A stretch of DNA of 32,000 bases, taken from assembly GCA_022573895.1 (NCBI GenBank), contig JACZTB010000009.1:11136-43135 (forward strand), given 5' to 3'. Both the position numbers and the translations under genes were made by a program. Below the pieces are notes generated by a model. It saw only the letters and a program-made list of their open reading frames with translations. It was not told the origin of the DNA and did not search any database. Within the stretch, counting starts at the first letter, position 1; every line of letters begins with the position of its first letter. Below, piece by piece: positions 8,960 to 17,262 of the stretch. This stretch comes from Nitrososphaerota archaeon. GTDB lineage: Archaea > Thermoproteota > Nitrososphaeria > Nitrososphaerales > Nitrosopumilaceae.

Positions 8960-10057
8960 CTAGAACTGTTTTAATATTTTAAAGTGAGTGCTTCTCTGAG
9001 CTGGTGTTCGTCCAATATCTTTTACCATAGTTGCAAGTTCTTCAACTGATGATGCAGTTGGCTTTCCTGCAGCACGATAAATCTCTTCAGAAAATGCGGT
9101 TCCAACCAAGTCATTTCCACCATTTGATAGTGCAACTTGTGCAAGTTTCTTGCCATATGCAACCCAGTAAACTGAGATGTTGTTTAATACGTTTGCAAGC
9201 ATAAGTCTGGACAGTTCAATTATTCGCAAATCATACACAGATGAACATTCGCTATTTACCAGATGTTCTTGTTCAAGTTCAGTGTTATCTAAACTAAACT
9301 TTAATGGAATCAACGTGAGAAACCCGTTGGTCTTTTTTTGTAATTCGCGAATTTTTATGAGATGATCAATAATATGTTCTGGTTTTTCGATATGTCCATA
9401 AAGCATTGTAACATTACTTTGAATTCCCATGTTGTGTGCCTCTTCAATCACATCAAGCCAATCTTGCCCTGAACATTTTCCTCGAACAATTTTGTTTCGG
9501 ATTTCTGGATGAAATAGTTCTGCACCACCGCCAGGCATAGAATCAAGTCCAGCATCTTTTAGACGAGATAAAATTTCTTTTGTAGAATTTTTTGTCAGTT
9601 TTGATAAATAGTAAATCTCAGCTGCAGTCAATGCTTTGATGTTAAGTTCGGGATGATTTTTTTTGATGATTTTCATCATATCCTCATAATATTCTAATGG
9701 AAGTTTTGGATGGAATCCGCCAACAATATGAACTTCGGTTGCACCCATCTGTTTTGCAATTGCAACTCTTTGTTCGATTTCTTGTGGAGTTAGTGTGTAT
9801 GCATCATCTGCCCCTTCTTTTCGATAAAATGCACACATCTGACAGCTGGCAGCACAGACGTTTGTATAGTTCATGTAGTAAGATACTGCAAAAGTAACAG
9901 TATCGCCAACTAGTTTCTTCCTTGTAGCGTCTGCAACTGCTCCAAGTAGGTGCAGATTGTCATAATTCATCAGTTCAAGACCATCTTTATAGGATAATTC
10001 TTCTCCTGCAATTGCTCGATCTAAGGCTTGAGAATCTCTAACTAGTTGTTCTAGCAT
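8960..10057 (-). CDS. Radical SAM enzyme of the CofH/MqnC/MqnE family (futalosine-pathway menaquinone or F420 FO-synthase-type)
   Basis: CxxxCxxC cluster motif in YTNVCAASCQMCAFYR. Family-typical HIVGGFHP, PGGGAELF and C-terminal GGNDLVGTAFSEEIYRAAG. 365 aa. The exact subfamily cannot be fixed by eye. Confidence 0.88.
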   Translation of the reverse strand: MLEQLVRDSQALDRAIAGEELSYKDGLELMNYDNLHLLGAVADATRKKLVGDTVTFAVSYYMNYTNVCAASCQMCAFYRKEGADDAYTLTPQEIEQRVAIAKQMGATEVHIVGGFHPKLPLEYYEDMMKIIKKNHPELNIKALTAAEIYYLSKLTKNSTKEILSRLKDAGLDSMPGGGAELFHPEIRNKIVRGKCSGQDWLDVIEEAHNMGIQSNVTMLYGHIEKPEHIIDHLIKIRELQKKTNGFLTLIPLKFSLDNTELEQEHLVNSECSSVYDLRIIELSRLMLANVLNNISVYWVAYGKKLAQVALSNGGNDLVGTAFSEEIYRAAGKPTASSVEELATMVKDIGRTPAQRSTHFKILKQF

Positions 10058-10079
10058 ATTGTGTCATTTGCTCATCATG

Positions 10080-10086
10080 ATATATT
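10080..10086 (-). promoter_or_regulatory. TATA-like element (aatatat on the minus strand) about 26 nt upstream of the radical SAM start codon
   Basis: The position fits an archaeal TATA box driving a leaderless or near-leaderless mRNA. Sequence-only inference. Confidence 0.35.
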
Positions 10087-10131
10087 CCTTATAGTCTCAA
10101 GAAATAAGTAGTCAGTCACACTATTGATATC

Positions 10132-10305
10132 ATGGTACTTCCGCTAGTTGATGAACACAAACCTAAATGTTTCTTGTGTCATGAGGGTTTTGAGAATCTA
10201 GAGAAACTCAGAGATCATCAAAATACAGAACATAAAGACTTCTTTGAATCAGATCAAAAACAAATTAAACGAGAGCCTGCACCTGGCGACGTTACTGTAT
10301 TTTAG
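10132..10305 (+). CDS. 57-aa classical C2H2 zinc-finger microprotein (not in the ORF track)
   Basis: My translation: MVLPLVDEHKPKCFLCHEGFENLEKLRDHQNTEHKDFFESDQKQIKREPAPGDVTVF. It contains C-x2-C-x3-F-x5-L-x2-H-x4-H exactly. A T9 tract follows the stop. The A/T-rich region about 27 nt upstream could act as a TATA box. Confidence 0.6.
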   Translation: MVLPLVDEHKPKCFLCHEGFENLEKLRDHQNTEHKDFFESDQKQIKREPAPGDVTVF

Positions 10306-10789
10306 TTTTTTTTTCTTTGATTGACTTTAGCAGTTCTTGGGCAATGTTCTTGGATATATTTGCCAAGTCATAGTGATGATCAATTGATAGTGCTTTCTTG
10401 AAATGTTTTATTGCATCATCTAATTGTCCCAACTCACCTAATGAGAGTCCTTTGTATGCAAGGGCCATCGCGCATTTTTTGTCAATCCTCAAAGCTGCAT
10501 CATAACACTCGATTGCTGTTTGATACTTCTGATCTGAATGTAATGCTGCCCCCTTATTTAGAATTGCATCAAGATTATTTGGAGAGATGGCAAGTGCCTT
10601 ATTATATAAGCGAATTGCAAATTTCAGTCTTCCCATATTTTGCAGAGTTACCCCTTTGTCAACAAGTGCACCAATGTTATCAGGTTCTTTTTTGAGTGCC
10701 AGATCATAGAGTCTTAATGCATCAAAATAATTTCCGTCCTCTGCAAACTCGAAGGCTTCATTTAACATCTTATCTATTTCATTACTCAC
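10292..10789 (-). CDS. TPR-repeat protein (165 aa)
   Basis: Four to five 34-aa TPR units with the typical pattern, for example YFDALRLYDLALKKEPDN, FAIRLYNKALAISPNN, YQTAIECYDAALRIDKK, LDDAIKHFKKALSIDHH. Confidence 0.85.
   Translation of the reverse strand: MSNEIDKMLNEAFEFAEDGNYFDALRLYDLALKKEPDNIGALVDKGVTLQNMGRLKFAIRLYNKALAISPNNLDAILNKGAALHSDQKYQTAIECYDAALRIDKKCAMALAYKGLSLGELGQLDDAIKHFKKALSIDHHYDLANISKNIAQELLKSIKEKKTKIQ
10306..10314 (+). terminator. Oligo-T (T9) tract directly after the C2H2 ORF stop codon
   Basis: tag followed by ttttttttt. It lies inside the 3' end of the convergent TPR gene. Confidence 0.4.
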
Positions 10790-11113
10790 AGTATTAGACA
10801 GTATTTTGTTAATAATGTAGTTTTAGTTTGCTAGATATTATAGTCATAGATCCACTCAAAATTGAGTATCAACAAAATTCAAAATTGAAAGACTATAATC
10901 ATTCAATCAAGCATATGGGCTCACATTCATTTTTTGATGGAAAATATTTTTTGGTGTTAGAAAAAATCCCAGATTCAACTTAAATTCAATCAATACTTAC
11001 TCTTGCACCATACATTTTTGTCTTGATATTAGTAGGTCAGAGAAACCATTTCAACGTAAAGTTTCTCAAAATAAATTTGTAACAAATAAAATTCAAGTCT
11101 TCAATAACATGAT

Positions 11114-11365
11114 TTATTGAATCCCTAAGTGTTGTTTGATTTTACCAACATCTTCGCCTATCATTGCTATTTGACTGCTAAGGGCCCAAAGTGAGTTTCT
11201 TGCCTGAATATTTTGATTATTCAGGTATTTCACCAGTGTAATTGTGAATTCAGTATTCTTAGTCTTTTCAAGATAAATAATAATTTCATGAATCATTTGT
11301 GGGGGTAATCCTTTGTCTAATTTTTTAATCATATCCTTACACTCAGCATCATTTTGAATTACCAT
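11114..11365 (-). CDS. Hypothetical 83-aa protein
   Basis: ORF only, with plausible composition. No motif recognised. Confidence 0.45.
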   Translation of the reverse strand: MVIQNDAECKDMIKKLDKGLPPQMIHEIIIYLEKTKNTEFTITLVKYLNNQNIQARNSLWALSSQIAMIGEDVGKIKQHLGIQ

Positions 11366-11419
11366 GCAATATTATACTCACACTTTTAGTTAAAGATCCT
11401 TTAAGTTTGATCATCACGT

Positions 11420-11833
11420 ATGTCTGTCATGGGATTTCCTTATCTTGATTTGATAGAAAAGGCATTAAAAATAAGTCCTGATATCAGATTTGCGACAGTT
11501 TGTAACATGTTTGGTGAAGTAAAGCATAGTAAACATAGATCAAATGCAAAAAATCTTCTGACACAAAGAGAAAGTCTAAAATCACTTGAATCGGCTACAC
11601 GAGCTTGGTCATTACGAAATGAATTTGCCTCAAAGATTGGTAAAGGTGAATTTGTAATTGCACAGTACGGCAAGATAAAACGAATAGTTATTCCATTGGA
11701 TAAGGACCATCTTCTTTATATGACAACAACTAGAAATGCAGATCATAACAAAATCGTTAAGAAAGCAACCAAACTCAAATTAGGAAAGATTAAGAAAATT
11801 ACAAAATCACGAGAAAAACTGTTTATTCCTTAA
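11420..11833 (+). CDS. Hypothetical 137-aa protein, paralogue B of the 8459-8851 family, with a Lys-rich C-terminal tail
   Basis: Aligns with paralogue A over roughly 95 residues (see that entry). It also carries a basic tail KKATKLKLGKIKKITKSREK. Confidence 0.65.
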   Translation: MSVMGFPYLDLIEKALKISPDIRFATVCNMFGEVKHSKHRSNAKNLLTQRESLKSLESATRAWSLRNEFASKIGKGEFVIAQYGKIKRIVIPLDKDHLLYMTTTRNADHNKIVKKATKLKLGKIKKITKSREKLFIP

Positions 11834-11912
11834 ATGGGTCTTAGAAAAAAGTCTCCAAAAAAAACATATTAACTTGGGTAATAATATAGATTCACAATTA
11901 GCCAGTACAAAA

Positions 11913-12149
11913 TCAAGATGCGTTTTTATCTCTAGGATCGATCTTCAATGACTTGTTGAAACATTCCATTGCTTCCTCGTATCTGCCCATGCTTCGAAGT
12001 ACTATTCCCTTATAGTTCCAAAGATCTGGATCATTTTGATTCATAAGAAGTGCTTGTTCAAAGAAACCAAGGGCATCATTGAACTTTCTGTCTTTCAGGA
12101 ATGATTGCCCCTTTGTTACAAGGTCTTGAATTTCAGCCATAAATAACAT
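11913..12149 (-). CDS. Small TPR-repeat protein (78 aa, about two TPR units)
   Basis: FNDALGFFEQALLMNQNDPDLWNYKGIVLRSMGRYEEAMECFNKSLKIDPRD matches the TPR consensus. Confidence 0.7.
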   Translation of the reverse strand: MLFMAEIQDLVTKGQSFLKDRKFNDALGFFEQALLMNQNDPDLWNYKGIVLRSMGRYEEAMECFNKSLKIDPRDKNAS

Positions 12150-12234
12150 AAGAGAACATTTGTATTAAATCTGAAAAATAGTTCCTAAAAGAGATTAGAT
12201 AAAACTGAACAAATTTACAACTATTCACTGAAAA

Positions 12235-12244
12235 TTTAAATAAA
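12235..12244 (+). promoter_or_regulatory. TATA-like box tttaaataaa about 25 nt upstream of the Lrp/AsnC start codon
   Basis: A/T-rich TATA-like sequence spaced as expected for a leaderless archaeal transcript. Inference from sequence. Confidence 0.4.
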
Positions 12245-12263
12245 TTTTTCTATATTATAAAAT

Positions 12264-12707
12264 ATGAAGATGGATCAGACAGATGAGAAGATTCTCAAAA
12301 ATTTGATGGTTGATGCAAGACTATCAGCCAGACAGCTCGCATTAAAACTTGGAATGTCAACGGTTACCATACTATCTAGAATCAAAAAGTTAGAAAAAGA
12401 AAAGATCATTCGTGGATACACAACAATTGTAGACCATGAGAAACTAGGATATGCACTTACTGCGATTATTGAAATTATAGCTAAAAACGACAAAATTGAA
12501 GATATTGAAAATGAGATATCAAAATTTGAAAATGTATGTGGAGTTTATGATATTACAGGTTCTACAGATACGATAATCATAGCAAAATTCAAGGGAAGAA
12601 GTGAATTGAGCAAGTTTGTAAAGGGGTTGGCTGCCATCCCTAACGTGGAAAACACCATTACTCATGTGGTTCTAAATACTGCAAAAGAAGATTTCAGATT
12701 AACATAG
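12264..12707 (+). CDS. Lrp/AsnC-family transcriptional regulator
   Basis: N-terminal HTH (DEKILKNLMVDARLSARQLALKLGMSTVTILSRIKKLEKEKIIRGY) plus a C-terminal RAM/AsnC_trans_reg-type alpha-beta domain. 147 aa. Confidence 0.92.
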   Translation: MKMDQTDEKILKNLMVDARLSARQLALKLGMSTVTILSRIKKLEKEKIIRGYTTIVDHEKLGYALTAIIEIIAKNDKIEDIENEISKFENVCGVYDITGSTDTIIIAKFKGRSELSKFVKGLAAIPNVENTITHVVLNTAKEDFRLT

Positions 12708-12717
12708 GTAAGAAAAA

Positions 12718-13272
12718 TTGAAACTATTCGGTATTTTTATAATTTTTATAATTATCATTGGAACATTACAAATAGCTTTTGCGCAAACTGACAAGTCAAA
12801 TATGGATCTTGAAGTTTCTGATGAAGAAAAAATAATGCTATTTGGGGGTTTTATAATTGCAATCATTATAATCGTTTTATTTTTAGCAAAAGACATCATA
12901 CTAAGAAAAAAAACATCATATGACACGGAGGATCTTGAATCAAAGAGAGATAGGACATATGAAAAGTATCACTCGGACTGGGGAGAAGATTACGAAGATA
13001 TAGGGAATAGAAAAAACATAAAAGAAGACAGAGAGTTTCGTGATGCTGCAAATAACGATGAGCTTCCAAACTACTATAAAACTCTAGGAGTTCCAAGAGA
13101 TGCAACACAAGAAGAAATTAAAAAGAAGTTCAGAGAGTTGGCAAAGAAGACACATCCGGACAAAACAAAAGAAGATTCTGAGGAAGCAATGGCAGAAATA
13201 AACAAAGCATACGAAGTACTTTCAGATAAGGAACGAAGAGAAAAGTATGACAGATATCTGAAAGTTGACTAG
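12718..13272 (+). CDS. Membrane-anchored J-domain (DnaJ-like) protein
   Basis: C-terminal J domain NYYKTLGVPRDATQEEIKKKFRELAKKTHPDK...AYEVLSDKERREKYD with the HPD motif. N-terminal signal-like segment (IAFAQTD) and a TM helix followed by RKK. TTG start 10 nt after the lrp stop suggests co-transcription. Confidence 0.85.
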   Translation: MKLFGIFIIFIIIIGTLQIAFAQTDKSNMDLEVSDEEKIMLFGGFIIAIIIIVLFLAKDIILRKKTSYDTEDLESKRDRTYEKYHSDWGEDYEDIGNRKNIKEDREFRDAANNDELPNYYKTLGVPRDATQEEIKKKFRELAKKTHPDKTKEDSEEAMAEINKAYEVLSDKERREKYDRYLKVD

Positions 13273-13673
13273 ACTGATTCTAGTCTGACTATTATCATGC
13301 TAAGTTCAATGGAATTTGGAGTCTGTACGCTATTTGTAAGATTGGTAAAGATTTCAAGATTCATCAGTTTTCCATCAGATTCTATTTGGGTTAAGATTTT
13401 GAGCTCACTAAATTCGGTGTTTGGTCCAAGCATCTTTTCTGTTAGTAATGGAACCACAGAAAGGTCTTCTATCACCCCTTTCAACTTGTAGGCAAATTTA
13501 TCTGAAAAATACACACCCCCACGAGTGGTAGGTTCATTCACAGGAGTGGGTGAATTTGTTATCGATACACAAGTAATTGGAAAAGCATCATCATTTAGGT
13601 AAAGCATGTACTCTGGAGAGTTTCTTTCATTAAACTCCATCAAAATTTTAAGCAAATCAAGGTTCAACGACAT
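13269..13673 (-). CDS. Hypothetical 134-aa protein
   Basis: ORF with protein-like composition. Its stop codon overlaps the stop of the convergent J-domain gene within a shared ctag. No motif recognised. Confidence 0.5.
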   Translation of the reverse strand: MSLNLDLLKILMEFNERNSPEYMLYLNDDAFPITCVSITNSPTPVNEPTTRGGVYFSDKFAYKLKGVIEDLSVVPLLTEKMLGPNTEFSELKILTQIESDGKLMNLEIFTNLTNSVQTPNSIELSMIIVRLESV

Positions 13674-13783
13674 TTAAAATTATAAAGATCATAATTTTAT
13701 TGAATCTTTCCAAGAAACCTCTAAAAATTAAACAGAATTTCTAGCCTGTGTAAGCCATCTTTAAAAACAAGAATCATTATCGA

Positions 13784-15106
13784 GTGTTATTGCAACAGTT
13801 TGCAAAGACCAATTCAATGAGAAATGAGATTATCAGTCTAATGGTACAAAATGGATTAGAAGATGATAATTATGTTGAGATGCTAGATTATACCATCGAC
13901 TTGTTTGAAAGTCATGGTCTTGGAGCTGATTATTACGGATATCATAACATTAATCACGAATTAGAAGTAACATATGTTTCACTTTTAGCTACAAAACAAG
14001 ACAGAGTACAATTCACTAATGAGGACAAAAAATATCTATACATTGCTGCGTTGTTTCACGACTTTGATCCTGAAAAAAACATTGATAAACCACATGAGGA
14101 AAGTGTTATAAAATTTATTTCAACTGATAGAAAACTTCGTCAATTAATCGACTCTACAAAAATAGATTTAGAAATTCTTAAAGTATTGATTTTAAGAACA
14201 ACATATCCATGGAGTGGAGATCTTAGAAAAAATGCAGAAGAACAAATTAAACAATGTTTTCAAAATTCGGATTTAACAAGAAACAACCAACAATATCAAC
14301 AACACATAATGAAAATAGGTGAGTATCTATCAGTAACAGATCGAATTAGCGGTTATGTATTAGGTGATTTTACAAAAGCAATTGAGATGGCTAAGATGAA
14401 TGCACATGCGCTTGCATGGAGACCATCATTGATTATTAGAAGTTCAGTTGCATATTTTGAAGAATTATTAAATAAAGAGTCAGATATGATAAAAGGCATT
14501 CTAAAGGTTCTTCCAAAAGAGATGAGAAAGAACTTTTTTGACACTGTATTGTCATTTATGAAAATTAGACAGCAAGAAATTACTATTCAAGCAGATTATG
14601 CTTATGAAAATCTCAAGTTAGTTCCAACAATAGAATGCATGACAACAAGAAATGATCCAAATTTTATCAAGACACTATTTGAAATATTTTTAGAGTTACC
14701 AAGACCACTTCAATTTGAAAAAGAAAGTTTTGAGAAATCTATTAGAGATCCACAGATAATCATTAACACACTTAGACTAAATGACAAAAATGGTGAAATT
14801 ATTGGATTTGTCAAAGGAGGGCCACTTGAGAAATACAAGCTACGTGAAGAGATTAGAGACGAGAATTATGGCCTAGAAAATACAATATTTTTGGAACCAC
14901 TAGCATTGAAGATGGGATATTGGGGATTAAAAGGTGGAAGTGAGATGCGTCATATGTTTATCTTACAAGCATGCTCCATGAAATACAAATATCTAACAAG
15001 TTTTGCGTTACGAGATGTTATCAAAGCAAGAATAGACAGAGAACAAGCAGAGTTTGTAACACTTTTTGATCCTGAAAGATGGGACTATTATAGAATCAAA
15101 ATTTAG
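13784..15106 (+). CDS. HD-domain metal-dependent phosphohydrolase fused to a C-terminal GNAT-like region
   Basis: The N-terminal half has the H...HD signature (YHNINHELEV ... IAALFHDFDPEKN). The C-terminal roughly 130 aa (EIIGFVKGGPLEKY...TIFLEPLALKMGYWGLKGGSEMRHMF) resembles an acetyltransferase-fold core, but this call is weak. The start could be GTG 13784 or ATG 13817. Confidence 0.7.
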   Translation: MLLQQFAKTNSMRNEIISLMVQNGLEDDNYVEMLDYTIDLFESHGLGADYYGYHNINHELEVTYVSLLATKQDRVQFTNEDKKYLYIAALFHDFDPEKNIDKPHEESVIKFISTDRKLRQLIDSTKIDLEILKVLILRTTYPWSGDLRKNAEEQIKQCFQNSDLTRNNQQYQQHIMKIGEYLSVTDRISGYVLGDFTKAIEMAKMNAHALAWRPSLIIRSSVAYFEELLNKESDMIKGILKVLPKEMRKNFFDTVLSFMKIRQQEITIQADYAYENLKLVPTIECMTTRNDPNFIKTLFEIFLELPRPLQFEKESFEKSIRDPQIIINTLRLNDKNGEIIGFVKGGPLEKYKLREEIRDENYGLENTIFLEPLALKMGYWGLKGGSEMRHMFILQACSMKYKYLTSFALRDVIKARIDREQAEFVTLFDPERWDYYRIKI

Positions 15107-15115
15107 ATTCACCAA

Positions 15116-16570
15116 ATGAAAAAATCAATTATAAAAACACTCCAGTCAACAATTCAAGGAGATGTATTTTTCCAAAAGGAATTCAAGGAATTTTATTCGG
15201 TAGATGCAAGCTCATACCAAATAATTCCAAAGGTAATAGTAGTTCCAAAAAATGAAAATGATGTAATCAATGTAGTAAAAATTGCAAAAAAATTCAAAAC
15301 ATCAGTCACCGTACGTGGTGCAGGAACTGGTCTTGTTGGAAGCTCATTAAACAATGGAATTATACTTGAAATGAAGAATTTTGATTCAATCAGACTCACT
15401 AAATACCATGTTACTATAGGCCCAGGTACAAGCAAGGGCAAATTAGACAAGAAACTTGATGAACACAAAAAGTTTTTTCCGCCAAACCCGTCAATTGGTT
15501 CTTTTTGTTCAATTGGAGGAATGTTGGGAAATAATGCCAGTGGAAGTAGAAGTCTAAAGTATGGAAGTGTAATTGATAATGTAAAAGAGATTACATTTAT
15601 TGATGGAAATGGAAATAAAATTACTCTGCCAGAAAATAAAAGAGTTGCAAAAAAGATTCTAGAGTTTGCAAGAAAAATTGACAGAAAAAAATTTCCAAAT
15701 GTAACAAAAAATTCTTCAGGGTATAGAATCGATAAAGTAAAATCAATTAATGATACTCATAAAGTATTCATTGGTTCTGAAGGAACACTTGGAATTATTT
15801 TATCAGCAAAGCTAAATATCAAAGACAAACCAAGAAAACGAATTCTTTTTGTAATAGAATATAAAATTATTAAAGATGCAATAAAAAACTGCATTGAAAT
15901 CAATAAAACTAAACCTTCTGCAATTGAATTTATAGATAGAACTATCCTTAAGCAAATAAAGTTTAAGTTTGACAAGAAAATCAAGTGTCTGCTGTTTGTA
16001 GAATATGATGATAAAATTAGTTCAAATGAAAAAAAAATTAAATTAATTATCACAGGAAAAATTATCAAGAAATTAAAAACAGATTCAGATATTTCTCAAT
16101 GGTGGAAGTATAGAGATTTATCATTACATTATAGTTTAAAATCAATGAAAAAAGAAAAAAGAATTCCACATATCATTGAAGATGCTGCAGTTCCTTTGGA
16201 AAATCTTCAAAAATTATTTTTAGTTCTAAACAAAATAAACAAAAAGTACAAGTTAAGATCAATTGTATATGGACATATAGGAAATGGGAATATTCATGTT
16301 CAGTTAATTTTAGATAGAAAAAGAATAAAGACCATCAAAAATATTGCAATTCAGTACTTTGAGGAAGTAATCAAACTTCAAGGAACTATTACTGCTGAGC
16401 ATGGTGATGGTCTTGCACGCTCTGAATTTGTTAAAAAACAGTTTGGTGCCAAAAACTATCAAGTATTCAAAGAAATCAAAAAATTTTTTGATCCAAAAAA
16501 TGTGCTCAATCCAGACAAGGTAATTACAAAGAAAAGCACTATTGTAGAAAACCTTAAAATTTTTAGATAA
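15116..16570 (+). CDS. FAD-linked oxidase (GlcD / D-lactate dehydrogenase-like, PCMH-type FAD-binding domain)
   Basis: PKVIVVPKNENDVINVVKIAKKFKTSVTVRGAGTGLVGSS, SIGGMLGNNASG, GSEGTLGII and C-terminal TAEHGDGLARS...FDPKNVLNPDKV are hallmark motifs. It starts 9 nt after the HD gene. The protein is unusually Lys/Ile/Asn-rich. Confidence 0.85.
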   Translation: MKKSIIKTLQSTIQGDVFFQKEFKEFYSVDASSYQIIPKVIVVPKNENDVINVVKIAKKFKTSVTVRGAGTGLVGSSLNNGIILEMKNFDSIRLTKYHVTIGPGTSKGKLDKKLDEHKKFFPPNPSIGSFCSIGGMLGNNASGSRSLKYGSVIDNVKEITFIDGNGNKITLPENKRVAKKILEFARKIDRKKFPNVTKNSSGYRIDKVKSINDTHKVFIGSEGTLGIILSAKLNIKDKPRKRILFVIEYKIIKDAIKNCIEINKTKPSAIEFIDRTILKQIKFKFDKKIKCLLFVEYDDKISSNEKKIKLIITGKIIKKLKTDSDISQWWKYRDLSLHYSLKSMKKEKRIPHIIEDAAVPLENLQKLFLVLNKINKKYKLRSIVYGHIGNGNIHVQLILDRKRIKTIKNIAIQYFEEVIKLQGTITAEHGDGLARSEFVKKQFGAKNYQVFKEIKKFFDPKNVLNPDKVITKKSTIVENLKIFR

Positions 16571-16637
16571 TTTAGATATGTGATCAAAAAATATCAACGC
16601 AAAAACGCTTTATTACCAAAAAACTGTCCAAAATATC

Positions 16638-17066
16638 GTGTTAGGTAAACTTTTAGGATTATTAGGAATTCTACTAATACTTTCTATTAGTTTTACCCCA
16701 GTATTTGCATTGATTGAGTTACAAAGAGTAACAATTAACGACCCAAGATTAGAAAATGCAATTGGTACATCCATAGTTGACAATATTAATGTAAATCATC
16801 AGATTCAGGTTTCAGTTGATGTTACAAATATTCAAGAAGAATCACAAAATTTTGTATATATTGTTCAAATAAAAAACAAAATAGGTTTTGTTGTTTCGTT
16901 GGGATGGATTAGTGGACAGCTTACACCAGAGCAAAAACTCAGTCTATCATTATCATGGATGCCAAATGAATCAGGTAAATATACAGCAGAAATTTTTATT
17001 TGGGAAGGTTTGATAAATCATAGCGCATTAGTTGAATACACCACATTACAAATAAACGTCAGTTAA
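16638..17066 (+). CDS. Small secreted protein, probably a beta-sandwich (142 aa)
   Basis: GTG start followed by a clear signal peptide LLGLLGILLILSISFTPVFA. The remainder is rich in beta-strand-like segments. No catalytic motif. Confidence 0.6.
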   Translation: MLGKLLGLLGILLILSISFTPVFALIELQRVTINDPRLENAIGTSIVDNINVNHQIQVSVDVTNIQEESQNFVYIVQIKNKIGFVVSLGWISGQLTPEQKLSLSLSWMPNESGKYTAEIFIWEGLINHSALVEYTTLQINVS

Positions 17067-17262
17067 AATTTTAACAAAACAATTTGGTTCAAAAACATTC
17101 CAATTATATCAGAAATTTGAATAATTTGTTCCTAAATTAATCAAAAAAACATTCAATAAGAAAAAAATTGTCAGGATACACAGTAATTGAGATCGAAGAT
17201 TTGCTTCTTTGTGAAAAAAGTTCAACAAGTTCTCGCTAATAGAACCTAATCTTAGTGTAATT

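Noticed and set aside
10066-10131. atgatga (C-box-like) and ctga (D-box-like) elements on the minus strand between the radical SAM gene and the C2H2 ORF, suggesting a C/D-box sRNA.
   Set aside because: The order and spacing do not fit the C-D'-C'-D layout, and there is no terminal D box after the strong C-like box. The atgatga lies between the TATA-like element and the start codon of the radical SAM gene, so it is more simply promoter or 5'-end sequence.
11040-11067. 7-bp inverted repeat gagaaac-N14-gtttctc in the 324-nt spacer downstream of the 83-aa gene.
   Set aside because: It is a short stem with a long loop in 32 kb of AT-rich DNA, so it is expected by chance. No oligo-T or other context supports a function.
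12699-13108. Minus-strand ORFs 12699-12926 and 12896-13108 opposite the J-domain gene.
   Set aside because: They are shadow ORFs antisense to a CDS with a clear J domain and HPD motif.
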